Assembly (NCBI GenBank): GCA_964442865.1
Contig: CAYUAZ010000001.1
Location: forward strand, 1 to 43,568
DNA from: an uncultured Gammaproteobacteria bacterium
Lineage (GTDB): Bacteria > Pseudomonadota > Gammaproteobacteria > SURF-13
DNA length: 43,568 nt
Reading direction: 5' to 3'
A model generated the notes under the pieces. The model saw only the letters and a program-made list of their open reading frames with translations. It did not search any database and was not told the DNA's origin. This document shows, piece after piece, positions 33,955-43,568 of this stretch; the stretch's first letter is position 1, and the number at the start of each line of letters is the position of its first letter. Made by a program: the position numbers and the translations under genes.

Positions 33955-36380
33955 ATACCATGACCATGCCCGAAGTCGTACCGGAACACGCCGAATTTAT
34001 CCGCGTGCGCGGTCTGGTGCAGGGCGTGGGTTTCCGTCCCACCGTGTGGCGGCTCGCTCAACGCTACGGCCTGCGCGGGTGGGTGGCGAACGACGTGGAG
34101 GGCGTCAGCATCCACGTCTGCGGCATGGCGGCATGCGTCGAAGCATTTGTGTATGCCTTATCGCGTGAAGCACCGCCGCTCGCGCGTATTGATCGCATAG
34201 AGCGTGAGCCGGCCGCGCTGCTGCCGCAGGACGCGGATTTTTGCATCAAGGCGAGCCAGGCCAACGGCCTACACTTGCAAATCAACACCGGCGTCGTGCC
34301 CGACGCGGCAAGCTGTCCCGAATGCATCAAGGAGGTGTTCGATCCCTTCGCGCGACGTTACCGCTACCCCTTCACCAACTGCACCCACTGCGGGCCCAGG
34401 CTATCCATCATCGAGGCCATTCCCTACGACCGCACCGCGACCACGCTGCGCGCGTTCGCGCTGTGCCCCGCGTGTGCCGCCGAGTATCACGACCCGAACG
34501 ATCGCCGCTTCCACGCGCAACCGATAGCCTGCCACGCCTGCGGCCCGCGCGCCTGGCTGGAGCGCGCCGACGGCGCCGCCATCGCGCTGGACACGCTCAC
34601 CACGCTGGACGCGGTGGATGCGGTCTGCTCGCTGTTGCAGCGCGGACACATCGTCGCCATCAAGGGCCTGGGCGGATTCCAGCTCGCCTGTGACGCCAGC
34701 AACGAAACCACCGTGGCGCGTCTGCGCCAACTCAAACAGCGTGAACGCAAACCCTTCGCGCTGATGGCGCGCGACCTGGAGGTGATACGCCGTTACTGTA
34801 CCGTGACTGAAATCGAAGAGACGTTGCTGCAAAGCCCCGCCGCGCCAATCGTGATTATGAACGCGGAGGGCGCCGGCCACGTTGCCGCCAGCGTCGCGCC
34901 GGGCGTGAAAACCCTGGGCTTTATGTTGCCCAATACGCCGCTGCACCATCTCATGCTGCGCCGCATGAACCGGCCCATCGTGTTGACCAGCGGCAATCTG
35001 TCCGACGAGCCTCAGTGCATAGACAACGCCGAGGCCCGCACGCGGCTGGGGGGTGTCGCCGAATATTTTCTGCTGCACGACCGCGACATCGCGTGCCGCG
35101 TGGACGACTCAGTGGTGGGTGTGGCCGACGCTGCGCCGCGCCTGCTGCGCCGCGCACGCGGCTATGCGCCGGCGACCTTGCCGCTGCCACCGGGATTTTC
35201 GGCGGCGCCTGCGGTGCTCGCTATGGGTGGCGAATTAAAAAACACCTTTTGTCTGCTACGCGCAGGCCAAGTCATACTCTCGCATCACATGGGCGATCTG
35301 GAAAACGCCGCGACCCACGCCGACTACACCCGCTCCATCGAGCAATATCTGAAACTGTTCGAACACACACCGCGCGTCATCGCCGTGGATAGGCATCCCG
35401 AATATCTATCAGGCAAGCTCGGCCGGGAGCGTGCTGCACAGCAGTCGCTCACACTCACGGAAGTGCAGCATCATCACGCCCATATCGCCGCCTGCCTGGC
35501 GGAGAACGGTATCGCGCTCGATGCCGGGCCGGTGCTCGGCGTTGCCCTCGACGGCCTCGGCTATGGGGCCGACGGCACGCTGTGGGGCGGGGAATTTCTG
35601 CTGGCCGACTACCGCGCATGCAAGCGCCTGGGGACGTTCAAGCCGGTCGCTCTGCCGGGCGGAGAGCAGGCCATGCGCCAACCCTGGCGCAACACCTACG
35701 CGCACCTGATGGCGGAAATGGGCTGGGCGCGCTTCAGCATGAATTACAGTGAACTCGATCTCTACCGGTTTCTCGAAACCCAACCGCGCAAACTGCTCGA
35801 TGGCATGATCGCAACCGGCGTCAACAGCCCGCTGGCGAGTTCCTGCGGACGGTTGTTCGATGCTGCCGCCGCAGCGGCGGGGATATGCCGTGAGCAGGCG
35901 CTGTACGAGGGTCAGGCCGCGATTGAATTCGAGGCGCGGGTGGATCAGCGCACGTTGGCGGAGGAAAGCGATGAACTCGCCTATCCGTTCGCCATCCCGC
36001 GTCTCAAGACCAACAACCTCCCTTATATAGAACCGCTCGCCATGTGGCAGGCGCTGCTCGGTGATCTGATACTCGCCACACCCGTGCCGGTAATCGCGGC
36101 GCGCTTTCACAAAGGGCTCGCCATCGTCATCGCGCGCATGGTCGAAAAACTGAGCCGCTATGAAAGCGGCGCAGAACCGATCATGACCGTCGCACTCTCC
36201 GGCGGCGTATTTCAGAATCGCGTGCTGTTTGAGCAGGTGGTGATGCGGTTGGAGCGGCAGGGTTTTCGCGTACTGACACACCGCCAGCTACCCGCCAATG
36301 ATGGCGGGCTGGCCCTGGGCCAGGCAGTCATCGCGGCGGCGCAAGCGCTCGCGGTCATGGGTGTAACTAACGGAGGCTGA
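33951..36380 (+). CDS. hypF: Carbamoyltransferase HypF
   Basis: 809 aa from ATG 33951 (ATGA overlap with the NHL gene stop). Acylphosphatase domain (IRVRGLVQGVGFRPTVWRLA), two zinc fingers (CPECIKEV...CTHCGPR; CPACAAEY...CHACGPR), and YrdC-like and Kae1-like domains. Confidence 0.95.
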   Translation: MNTMTMPEVVPEHAEFIRVRGLVQGVGFRPTVWRLAQRYGLRGWVANDVEGVSIHVCGMAACVEAFVYALSREAPPLARIDRIEREPAALLPQDADFCIKASQANGLHLQINTGVVPDAASCPECIKEVFDPFARRYRYPFTNCTHCGPRLSIIEAIPYDRTATTLRAFALCPACAAEYHDPNDRRFHAQPIACHACGPRAWLERADGAAIALDTLTTLDAVDAVCSLLQRGHIVAIKGLGGFQLACDASNETTVARLRQLKQRERKPFALMARDLEVIRRYCTVTEIEETLLQSPAAPIVIMNAEGAGHVAASVAPGVKTLGFMLPNTPLHHLMLRRMNRPIVLTSGNLSDEPQCIDNAEARTRLGGVAEYFLLHDRDIACRVDDSVVGVADAAPRLLRRARGYAPATLPLPPGFSAAPAVLAMGGELKNTFCLLRAGQVILSHHMGDLENAATHADYTRSIEQYLKLFEHTPRVIAVDRHPEYLSGKLGRERAAQQSLTLTEVQHHHAHIAACLAENGIALDAGPVLGVALDGLGYGADGTLWGGEFLLADYRACKRLGTFKPVALPGGEQAMRQPWRNTYAHLMAEMGWARFSMNYSELDLYRFLETQPRKLLDGMIATGVNSPLASSCGRLFDAAAAAAGICREQALYEGQAAIEFEARVDQRTLAEESDELAYPFAIPRLKTNNLPYIEPLAMWQALLGDLILATPVPVIAARFHKGLAIVIARMVEKLSRYESGAEPIMTVALSGGVFQNRVLFEQVVMRLERQGFRVLTHRQLPANDGGLALGQAVIAAAQALAVMGVTNGG

Positions 36381-36381
36381 T

Positions 36382-36663
36382 ATGTGCCTGGGCATTCCCG
36401 GACAAATTGTAGAAGTGAGCGACCACGCCAAAAAACTCGCCATCGTCAACGTCAGCGGCGTGAAGCGCGAGATCAACATCGCCTGCGTGGTCAATGAAAA
36501 CCACCCGGTAGCCTCCTGCGTCGGCGACTGGGTGCTGGTGCACGTCGGCTTCGCCATGAGCCGCATTGACGAAGAGGAGGCGATGAAGACGCTGCAACTG
36601 TTGACGGAGCTGGGCGAGATACAGGACGAGTTGCGGGCGATGCGCGAATCCGCGCGAGTCTGA
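36382..36663 (+). CDS. hypC: Hydrogenase maturation chaperone HypC
   Basis: MCLGIPGQIVEV N-terminus; 93 aa. Confidence 0.93.
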   Translation: MCLGIPGQIVEVSDHAKKLAIVNVSGVKREINIACVVNENHPVASCVGDWVLVHVGFAMSRIDEEEAMKTLQLLTELGEIQDELRAMRESARV

Positions 36664-36666
36664 ACT

Positions 36667-37359
36667 ATGACCGATGCCAACGCCCACCTCCAGGCCCTCT
36701 ACCCGTTTCTGCACGGCGGCAAGAAAGATGCGGCGCGTGAGAATATCGCGCTGCTGGAATCGGTGCGCCAGAAGTCATCCCACAGCGTCGAGACCAAGCA
36801 AGATTTTTTTGCCACGCACGCACAGCAGGTGGTGGACACGGCGCGCGCCATCGCCGGCATTTATCTCGGCGACGGGCGCTTGTTCACCATGGGCAACGGC
36901 GGCTCCAGTTGCGACGCCGCGCATATCGCCGTGGAGTTTCTGCACCCGGTCACGGCGGGCCGCCCGGCGCTCACCGCCATCAATCTGGTGGCGGACACGG
37001 CGATGCTGACGGCGGTGGGCAACGATGTCGGTTTCAAGCATATCTTCGTGCGCCAGATCATCGCCCAGGGCCGGCGCGGCGACGGCCTGATCGGCATTTC
37101 GACCAGCGGCAATTCGGAAAATCTGCTGGCGGCGTTTACGCAAGCGAAAGAGATGGGTATGACGACGATAGGCCTGACCGGCATGGACGGCGGCCGTATG
37201 GCGCAAAGCCCGCAGCTCGATCATTGCCTGACTGTACGCACCGACAGCATCCATCGCATCCAGGAAACGCATGTGGCGATTTATCACATCCTGTGGGACT
37301 TGGTGCACACCCTGCTCGCGGATCAGCGCGGCAATCTTGAGCCAGAGGCGCAGACATGA
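36667..37359 (+). CDS. SIS-domain protein (GmhA/DiaA-like sugar-phosphate isomerase fold) embedded in the hyp operon
   Basis: 230 aa with LFTMGNGGSSCDAAHIAVEF, GDGLIGISTSGNSENLL and TIGLTGMDGG, all SIS-domain signatures. Confidence 0.85.
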   Translation: MTDANAHLQALYPFLHGGKKDAARENIALLESVRQKSSHSVETKQDFFATHAQQVVDTARAIAGIYLGDGRLFTMGNGGSSCDAAHIAVEFLHPVTAGRPALTAINLVADTAMLTAVGNDVGFKHIFVRQIIAQGRRGDGLIGISTSGNSENLLAAFTQAKEMGMTTIGLTGMDGGRMAQSPQLDHCLTVRTDSIHRIQETHVAIYHILWDLVHTLLADQRGNLEPEAQT

Positions 37360-37513
37360 GGGCACCTCTAAAAATGCGTCTTTTGTCTTTATGCGGCGTT
37401 GAAAGTCTGCTCGGAATGCGGGGCCGGGAAGCGGTAGACTGGCGTGTACACTGCGCTTCCTCGCAGAATTTCGCCTTGCCTAAAGCCAAAATCCACTATT
37501 TTTAGAGGTGCCC
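37360..37513. mobile_element. 154-bp MITE-like element with perfect 16-bp terminal inverted repeats, inserted exactly at the SIS-stop/hypD-start junction
   Basis: GGGCACCTCTAAAAAT (37360-37375) ... ATTTTTAGAGGTGCCC (37498-37513). ATGA lies on both flanks (37356-37359 and 37514-37517), consistent with duplication of an original overlapping ATGA stop/start. Confidence 0.7.
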
Positions 37514-38686
37514 ATGAAATACGCAGACGAATTCCGCGATCCCGAAAAGGCCAAAGTGCTGCTGCGCGAAATTGAGACGCTGGTTCAGCGCATTGAGGTG
37601 TGCAAGCAACGCCCGCTGCAACTGATGGAAGTGTGCGGCGGCCACACCCATTCCATTTTCAAATACGGCATCGAGCCGATGCTGCCCAAGGCCATCGAGT
37701 TCGTGCACGGCCCCGGTTGCCCGGTGTGCGTATTGCCCATGGGGCGGGTGGATGATTGCGTGGCGCTGGCCCAGCATCCGCAGGTCATCTTTACTACCTT
37801 TGGCGACGCCATGCGCGTGCCGGGGTCGAAGAAGAATCTGCTGCAGGCCAAGGCCGACGGCGCGGACGTGCGCATGGTGTACTCGCCCATGGACGCCTTG
37901 AAGCTGGCGCGCGCGCATCCCGATAAAGAAGTGATCTTCTTCGCGCTGGGTTTCGAGACCACCATGCCCAGCACCGCGCTCACCGTACTCCAGGCGGAGC
38001 GCGAAGGCATCAAGAATTTTTCGTTGTTCTGCAATCACATCACTATCATCCCCACCATCAAGGCGATTCTGGATTCGCCCGAACTGACGCTGGACGGCTT
38101 CCTGGGGCCTGGGCATGTGAGCATGGTGATCGGTACCGAACCCTATGCGTTTATCGCCAAACACTATCGCAAACCGATAGTGGTCGCCGGTTTCGAGCCG
38201 CTGGATATTCTGCAATCAGTGTGGATGCTGCTCAAACAAATCGCCGAGGGCCGTTGTGAGGTCGAGAACCAGTACCAGCGCATCGTGCCTGAGACCGGCA
38301 ACGATCAGGCGCTCACCGCCGTCAGCCGGGTGTTTGAGTTGCGCGAATTTTTTGAGTGGCGCGGCCTGGGCTCGATTGACCACTCCGGCATTCGTCTGCG
38401 TGAGGCTTACGGGCGCTTCGACGCCGAACGCAGATTCTCCGTCCCTAATCTCAAGATTGCCGATCCCAAATCCTGTCAGTGCGGCGAGGTGTTGAAGGGC
38501 GTGATCAAACCCTGGGAGTGCAAGGTGTTTGGCCGTGCCTGCACACCGGAAACACCGCTCGGCGCGCTCATGGTGTCCTCCGAAGGCGCGTGCGCGGCCT
38601 ATTACAATTACGGCGGCGTGGAAATGGCACGCTTGATCCGCGAGCGCGCGGATGAAGTTCTGCTGGCAGCGGGAGAGATTGCATGA
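37514..38686 (+). CDS. hypD: Hydrogenase maturation protein HypD
   Basis: MKYADEFRDPEKAK N-terminus, with CGGHTH, GPGCPVCV and FETT motifs. Start at ATG 37514 (the track's GTG 37508 lies inside the element TIR). Confidence 0.95.
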   Translation: MKYADEFRDPEKAKVLLREIETLVQRIEVCKQRPLQLMEVCGGHTHSIFKYGIEPMLPKAIEFVHGPGCPVCVLPMGRVDDCVALAQHPQVIFTTFGDAMRVPGSKKNLLQAKADGADVRMVYSPMDALKLARAHPDKEVIFFALGFETTMPSTALTVLQAEREGIKNFSLFCNHITIIPTIKAILDSPELTLDGFLGPGHVSMVIGTEPYAFIAKHYRKPIVVAGFEPLDILQSVWMLLKQIAEGRCEVENQYQRIVPETGNDQALTAVSRVFELREFFEWRGLGSIDHSGIRLREAYGRFDAERRFSVPNLKIADPKSCQCGEVLKGVIKPWECKVFGRACTPETPLGALMVSSEGACAAYYNYGGVEMARLIRERADEVLLAAGEIA

Positions 38687-39768
38687 GCCAGGTACTTGAG
38701 ATCCGTCCGGAGCTGAGCCCGATCCGCCGCCGCAGCGGCAAGCTGCGCGATACGCGCATCACGCTGTCGCACGGCAGCGGCGGCAAGGCCATGCGTGATC
38801 TGATTGACGACATTTTTGTCGGTAACTTCGATAATCCCACACTGTCACTACTGGAAGACCAGGCGCGTTTTAATCTGGCGGATTTGCTTGCCCATGGCGA
38901 CCGGCTTGCCTTCACCACCGATTCCTACGTGGTGGATCCATTGTTCTTTCCTGGCGGCGACATCGGCACGCTGGCGGTGAACGGTACCGTGAATGATTTG
39001 GCCGTGAGCGGCGCGCGTCCCTTGTATTTGAGTTGCGGCATGATACTCGAAGAAGGTCTGGACGTAGAGCTGCTGCGCCGTGTGGCGTGCTCCATGGCGG
39101 AAGCGGCGCGCGCGGCGGGTGTCGCCATCGTCACCGGCGATACCAAGGTGGTACATAGGGGAGCTGCGGATAAATTATTTATCAACACTGCAGGCATCGG
39201 CATTATTCCACACGGCGTCAATATCGCTGCCAGCCGCGCCCGGCCCGGCGATGTGATACTGGTGAACGGAACCATCGGCGACCACGGCGCGGCCATTCTC
39301 GGCGCGCGTCAGGATCTCGCCCTCGACGCACCCATCCTCAGCGACTGTCAGCCGCTGCATGGGTTGATCTCCGCCATGCTCGCCGTCTGCCCGGATATTC
39401 ACTGCCTGCGCGACGCGACGCGCGGCGGCATCGCCACGGTGTTGAATGAAATCGCGCAAGCCTCCTCGGTGTGCATGCGCTTCAAGGAAAGCAGCCTGCC
39501 GGTGCATGAGGTGGTCAAAGGCGTGTGCGAAATACTGGGGCTCGATCCTTTGTACATGGCCAATGAAGGAAAATTGATCGCAGTGGTGCCGAAAGAATAT
39601 GCCACAGCCGTACTCACCGCCATGCGCGCCCATCCTGCCGGCAGCGACGCTGCAATTATTGGCGAGGTGAGCGCGGCGCCGCAAGGTGTGGCCTTGCTCA
39701 CCACGATCTTCGGCGGCGAGCGCATTGTGGATATGCTGGTCGGCGAGCAACTGCCGAGAATTTGCTAA
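38683..39768 (+). CDS. hypE: Hydrogenase maturation protein HypE (carbamoyl dehydratase)
   Basis: 361 aa with a PurM-like fold and C-terminal PRIC motif. Its start overlaps the hypD stop (ATGA). Confidence 0.95.
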   Translation: MSQVLEIRPELSPIRRRSGKLRDTRITLSHGSGGKAMRDLIDDIFVGNFDNPTLSLLEDQARFNLADLLAHGDRLAFTTDSYVVDPLFFPGGDIGTLAVNGTVNDLAVSGARPLYLSCGMILEEGLDVELLRRVACSMAEAARAAGVAIVTGDTKVVHRGAADKLFINTAGIGIIPHGVNIAASRARPGDVILVNGTIGDHGAAILGARQDLALDAPILSDCQPLHGLISAMLAVCPDIHCLRDATRGGIATVLNEIAQASSVCMRFKESSLPVHEVVKGVCEILGLDPLYMANEGKLIAVVPKEYATAVLTAMRAHPAGSDAAIIGEVSAAPQGVALLTTIFGGERIVDMLVGEQLPRIC

Positions 39769-39771
39769 CCC

Positions 39772-40101
39772 GTGCACGAACTCGGCATTACGCGCAATGT
39801 GGTGGCCATCTGCGCCGAGCGCGCCAACGGTGCGCGGGTCATCCGCGTGACGCTGGAGATCGGCAAGCTGGCGGCGGTGCTGCCCGACTCGGTGCGTTTT
39901 TGTTTCGATATCTGCGCCCAGGGCACACCGGTTGAAGGCGCTGCACTGGACATCATCGAGACCGCAGGTCGCGCGCGTTGCCGCGATTGCGACGGCGAAG
40001 TGGCGCTGAGCGAACTGTTTGGCCGTTGCGGCTGCGGCAGTGTGAATCTGCAACTGATCGCAGGCGAAGAAGTGAAAATCAAAGAAATGGAGGTGGCGTA
40101 A
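39772..40101 (+). CDS. hypA: Nickel insertion protein HypA
   Basis: 109 aa with GTG start (V/M)[10 protein letters not shown] and zinc site CRDC...CGCG. Confidence 0.9.
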   Translation: MHELGITRNVVAICAERANGARVIRVTLEIGKLAAVLPDSVRFCFDICAQGTPVEGAALDIIETAGRARCRDCDGEVALSELFGRCGCGSVNLQLIAGEEVKIKEMEVA

Positions 40102-41006
40102 TGTGTGTCACATGCGGCTGTTCCGAAACGGATGAGGTGGTCTACACCGATGCGCAAAGCGGTGAGAAAATAACGGCGCCCCGGGCTGGCGCGGATGTGC
40201 GCTTTCATCCTCACACACATGGCAGCGATGAACATCATCACCATCCGCATGATTTCGCGCACGGTCATTCCCACAGCCACGACCACCCGCACGAGCACGC
40301 CGGCGTGGTGGCGCTGCATGCGCATGCGCCGGGAACCACCATCACGCTGGAGCAGGACATCCTCGCCAAAAACCAGCTCATCGCCGAGCGCAACCGGGGT
40401 TGGCTGGCCGGGCGCGAGATACTCGCGCTGAACCTGGTAAGTTCTCCGGGCTCGGGCAAGACCACACTGCTGGAGCGGACTATTCACGATCTCAGGGGCG
40501 AGCTTGCACTCAGCGTTATTGAAGGCGATCAGGCGACCGTAAACGATGCGGAACGCATCCGCGCCACCGGCTGCCGCGCAATCCAGATCAATACCGGCGC
40601 CGGATGCCATCTGGAAGCGGACATGCTGGAGCGTGGCCTGCGCCAACTCAATCCGTCGGCCGGATCGGTGGTAATGATCGAAAACGTCGGCAACCTGGTG
40701 TGCCCCGCCTTGTTCGATCTCGGCGAGCAGGCCAAGGTGGTGATCCTCTCGGTGACGGAGGGTGAAGACAAGCCGATCAAATATCCGCACATGTTCAAGG
40801 CCAGCCGTGTGATGCTGCTCAACAAAATTGATCTGCTGCCCCACCTCAAATTCGACGTCGAGCGCTGCATCGCCTACGCGCGCCAGGTCAATCCCGCCAT
40901 TGAGATATTCCGCGTGTCGGCTGAAACCGGGGAGGGGATGAGTGCCTGGTACGGCTGGTTGCGCAGTCACAGCATCGGCCAACAGGAGTTGCGCGCCGCG
41001 CCATGA
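40101..41006 (+). CDS. hypB: Nickel-binding GTPase HypB with His-rich stretch
   Basis: ATG 40101 overlaps the hypA stop (TAATG). N-terminal MCVTCGC high-affinity Ni site, His-rich [31 protein letters not shown], and G-domain [24 protein letters not shown]. Confidence 0.93.
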   Translation: MCVTCGCSETDEVVYTDAQSGEKITAPRAGADVRFHPHTHGSDEHHHHPHDFAHGHSHSHDHPHEHAGVVALHAHAPGTTITLEQDILAKNQLIAERNRGWLAGREILALNLVSSPGSGKTTLLERTIHDLRGELALSVIEGDQATVNDAERIRATGCRAIQINTGAGCHLEADMLERGLRQLNPSAGSVVMIENVGNLVCPALFDLGEQAKVVILSVTEGEDKPIKYPHMFKASRVMLLNKIDLLPHLKFDVERCIAYARQVNPAIEIFRVSAETGEGMSAWYGWLRSHSIGQQELRAAP

Positions 41007-41707
41007 CCGGTTTGTTTATTTTAATCGTAGGCTTTCTGCTCGGCATGAAGCACGCCACCGAGGCCGACCACCTGGCCGCCGTGGCGACGCTGGCCACCGG
41101 CCAGCACTCGCTCGCCCAAACCATGCACCAGGGGATAGCATGGGGCATCGGTCACACGCTCACACTCATGCTGTTCGGCGGTATCGTGCTCGCACTCGGC
41201 ACGTCTATCCCCGAATACATGGCTCAAGGCCTCGAACTCGTAGTCGGTCTCATGCTCATCGCCTTGGGCGCCGATGTACTGCGCCGCCTCGTACAGCGAC
41301 GGATTCACTTTCATGTCCACAGCCACGAGAGCAGCGTAAAGCATGTGCATGTCCATAGCCATGTTGGCGAAGGCGCACACCGCTATTCGCTTCATCACCA
41401 TATCCACAGAGAAAAACTGCCGCTGCGCGCGCTGGCGGTGGGGATGATGCACGGCATGGCGGGTTCGGCCGCGCTGATCCTGCTCAGCCTAGGTGCGGTG
41501 CAGTCATTTTCGATGGGGCTGCTCTACATCGTCTTGTTCGGCGCCGGCTCCATAGCCGGCATGGCGCTGCTCTCGGTCGCCATCGCCATCCCCCTCAGAC
41601 TCTCCGCCAGTTATCTCGGCTGGCTGCATAATGGAATGATAGCGCTGGTGGGCGGCTTCAGTTGCGTGCTGGGTGCGCTTATGGTGTACCAAATCGGCTT
41701 CGCGTAG
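41003..41707 (+). CDS. NicO/RcnA-family nickel (cobalt) transporter with His-rich loop
   Basis: 234 aa, about 6 TM. HX4DH-type motif in TM1/2 ([13 protein letters not shown]), central loop [34 protein letters not shown], and second-half motif [15 protein letters not shown] overlap with hypB. Confidence 0.78.
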   Translation: MTGLFILIVGFLLGMKHATEADHLAAVATLATGQHSLAQTMHQGIAWGIGHTLTLMLFGGIVLALGTSIPEYMAQGLELVVGLMLIALGADVLRRLVQRRIHFHVHSHESSVKHVHVHSHVGEGAHRYSLHHHIHREKLPLRALAVGMMHGMAGSAALILLSLGAVQSFSMGLLYIVLFGAGSIAGMALLSVAIAIPLRLSASYLGWLHNGMIALVGGFSCVLGALMVYQIGFA

Positions 41708-42662
41708 CGGCTGCTACTTGGGTAAGAGGCGTCTTAAAACTACTCAACTTTCGTAAGCCTTTACCGATGCAATTCAGCGTCGTGAAAAAATCCTTGCCAT
41801 GACCGTCGAGCCAATCGGCCTCTAACTTTGAAAATGTCTCTTGATTGCGTTTGTTGAGCCGATTCAGGAGCGCAGTGAGTCCGCGGACCTCTTGTGCCCC
41901 ATTCGGCCACTGCTGGTTGGCGATGACGATCTCGTGGGCAAGTATGTGTGCATCGTGCAAGTCACCGAGCAGATCCTGCAAGGATTCCAAGCGTTCAATG
42001 AGTGGCGCGCCACCCTCTAACGATCCAGCGCAGGGCTCCAATAAATAACGCAAACGCTTGCCCGCGATACGGGCTTGGTGAACTTCTTGCTCATCGGTTA
42101 TTGATTGTATTTTTGAAAGATGCCGTTGCAATGTTTGCCCTAGTTGCACGATCTGCCCTGCAGTGACCTCTGCGTAGCTTTTTTCATGTGAAGATTTATG
42201 CAAGCTCACGGTTACGGTATAGAAAGACAGGCGTCGTTTGAGTCCGGCCTGGATGTGGCTGAAGCTTGTGGTGATGTAGCGATGGAGTTCGCTATCGGCT
42301 ACCTTTTTGCGGTCTTCCAGTTGCTGGAGCATCCTGTGCGCTCCGATACGCTGCCGGGCGCCAAGCCGGGAGAGCCAGGCGAGCTGTACTTCGAGGTCGC
42401 GGCTGGTACGCGTCGCAGCGGCCAGTTCACGCAGTTGACGGCGCATCGTCTTGGATAGACTCTCCTTTAGATAAGGCTTGTAGGCACGCAAACAGCTACG
42501 TAAGCGCCGCAATGCGACGCGGAAATCATGCAGGGCTGCGGTGTCTTTAGGATTATCAAGACGCTGTGGCGCGCGCCGTATTTCTTCGAGCACAGCAAGG
42601 GCAAGGAAACGGGCGGCTGCCTTAACTGGGAGAGTGAGCAACTGGGATGAAGGTATCGTCAT
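41679..42662 (-). CDS. CHAD-domain protein
   Basis: 327 aa, all-helical, with repeated conserved His/Arg motifs (LHDFRVALRRLRSCLRAY; VHQARIAGKRLRYLLE; LGDLHDAHIL) typical of CHAD. Its 3' end overlaps the NicO gene end by 29 nt (convergent). Confidence 0.8.
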   Translation of the reverse strand: MTIPSSQLLTLPVKAAARFLALAVLEEIRRAPQRLDNPKDTAALHDFRVALRRLRSCLRAYKPYLKESLSKTMRRQLRELAAATRTSRDLEVQLAWLSRLGARQRIGAHRMLQQLEDRKKVADSELHRYITTSFSHIQAGLKRRLSFYTVTVSLHKSSHEKSYAEVTAGQIVQLGQTLQRHLSKIQSITDEQEVHQARIAGKRLRYLLEPCAGSLEGGAPLIERLESLQDLLGDLHDAHILAHEIVIANQQWPNGAQEVRGLTALLNRLNKRNQETFSKLEADWLDGHGKDFFTTLNCIGKGLRKLSSFKTPLTQVAAATRSRFGTP

Positions 42663-42709
42663 ACTGGTTACCAGACCGTTGCCTCGTCAGGCCGGTGATT
42701 ATGATCGAG

Positions 42710-43568
<859 letters not shown>

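Noticed and set aside
40190-40290. His-codon-rich stretch (cat/cac runs) in hypB that looks like a simple-sequence repeat
   Set aside because: It is in frame within HypB and corresponds to the known nickel-storage His-rich region of many HypB proteins, so it is not a microsatellite or assembly artefact.

Overview
GC-rich proteobacterial chromosomal window, gammaproteobacteria-like by gene order; no organism can be assigned without a search. It has three blocks.

(1) 93-15885, all on the minus strand: a polar-flagellum/chemotaxis cluster in the Pseudomonas/Vibrio order flhB-flhA-flhF-fleN(flhG)-fliA-cheY-cheZ-cheA-cheB-motC-motD-parC-like-parP-like-cheW, then a 53-aa ORF below the track cutoff and a DUF2802-like gene.

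(2) 16170-24042: the housekeeping run ihfB-lapA-lapB-pyrF, a small zf-UBP zinc-finger gene broken by a ~151-bp hairpin element, and an ArsR-type regulator divergent from a two-gene RND efflux pump (adaptor + AcrB-like permease, no outer-membrane factor).

(3) 24178-41707: a sigma54-dependent response regulator, a small zinc-ribbon ORF, a near-consensus sigma54 promoter, and a Tat-less (cytoplasmic) group-2a-like [NiFe] hydrogenase hupSL. After hupL come:
- a HiPIP-like protein
- the maturation protease
- a 123-aa hypothetical
- a TPR protein
- two 76-aa membrane proteins
- a NifU+Rieske (HucE-like) protein
- an NHL propeller
- hypF-hypC-SIS-hypD-hypE-hypA-hypB and a NicO-type nickel transporter

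The window ends with a CHAD-domain gene and a 5'-truncated dapE.

Overlaid on all of this is a population of short structured intergenic elements. One is a five-hairpin element present in two diverged copies whose differences are compensatory. Two are TIR-bounded ~150-bp elements sitting exactly at gene junctions. There are also several REP-like hairpins, and one 22-mer recurs inside the motD coding region.

No rRNA, tRNA, CRISPR array, transposase or integrase was recognised. The most novel-looking content is the hairpin-element family and the uncharacterised accessory block of the hydrogenase locus. All family assignments rest on motif recognition by eye, not on database searches.
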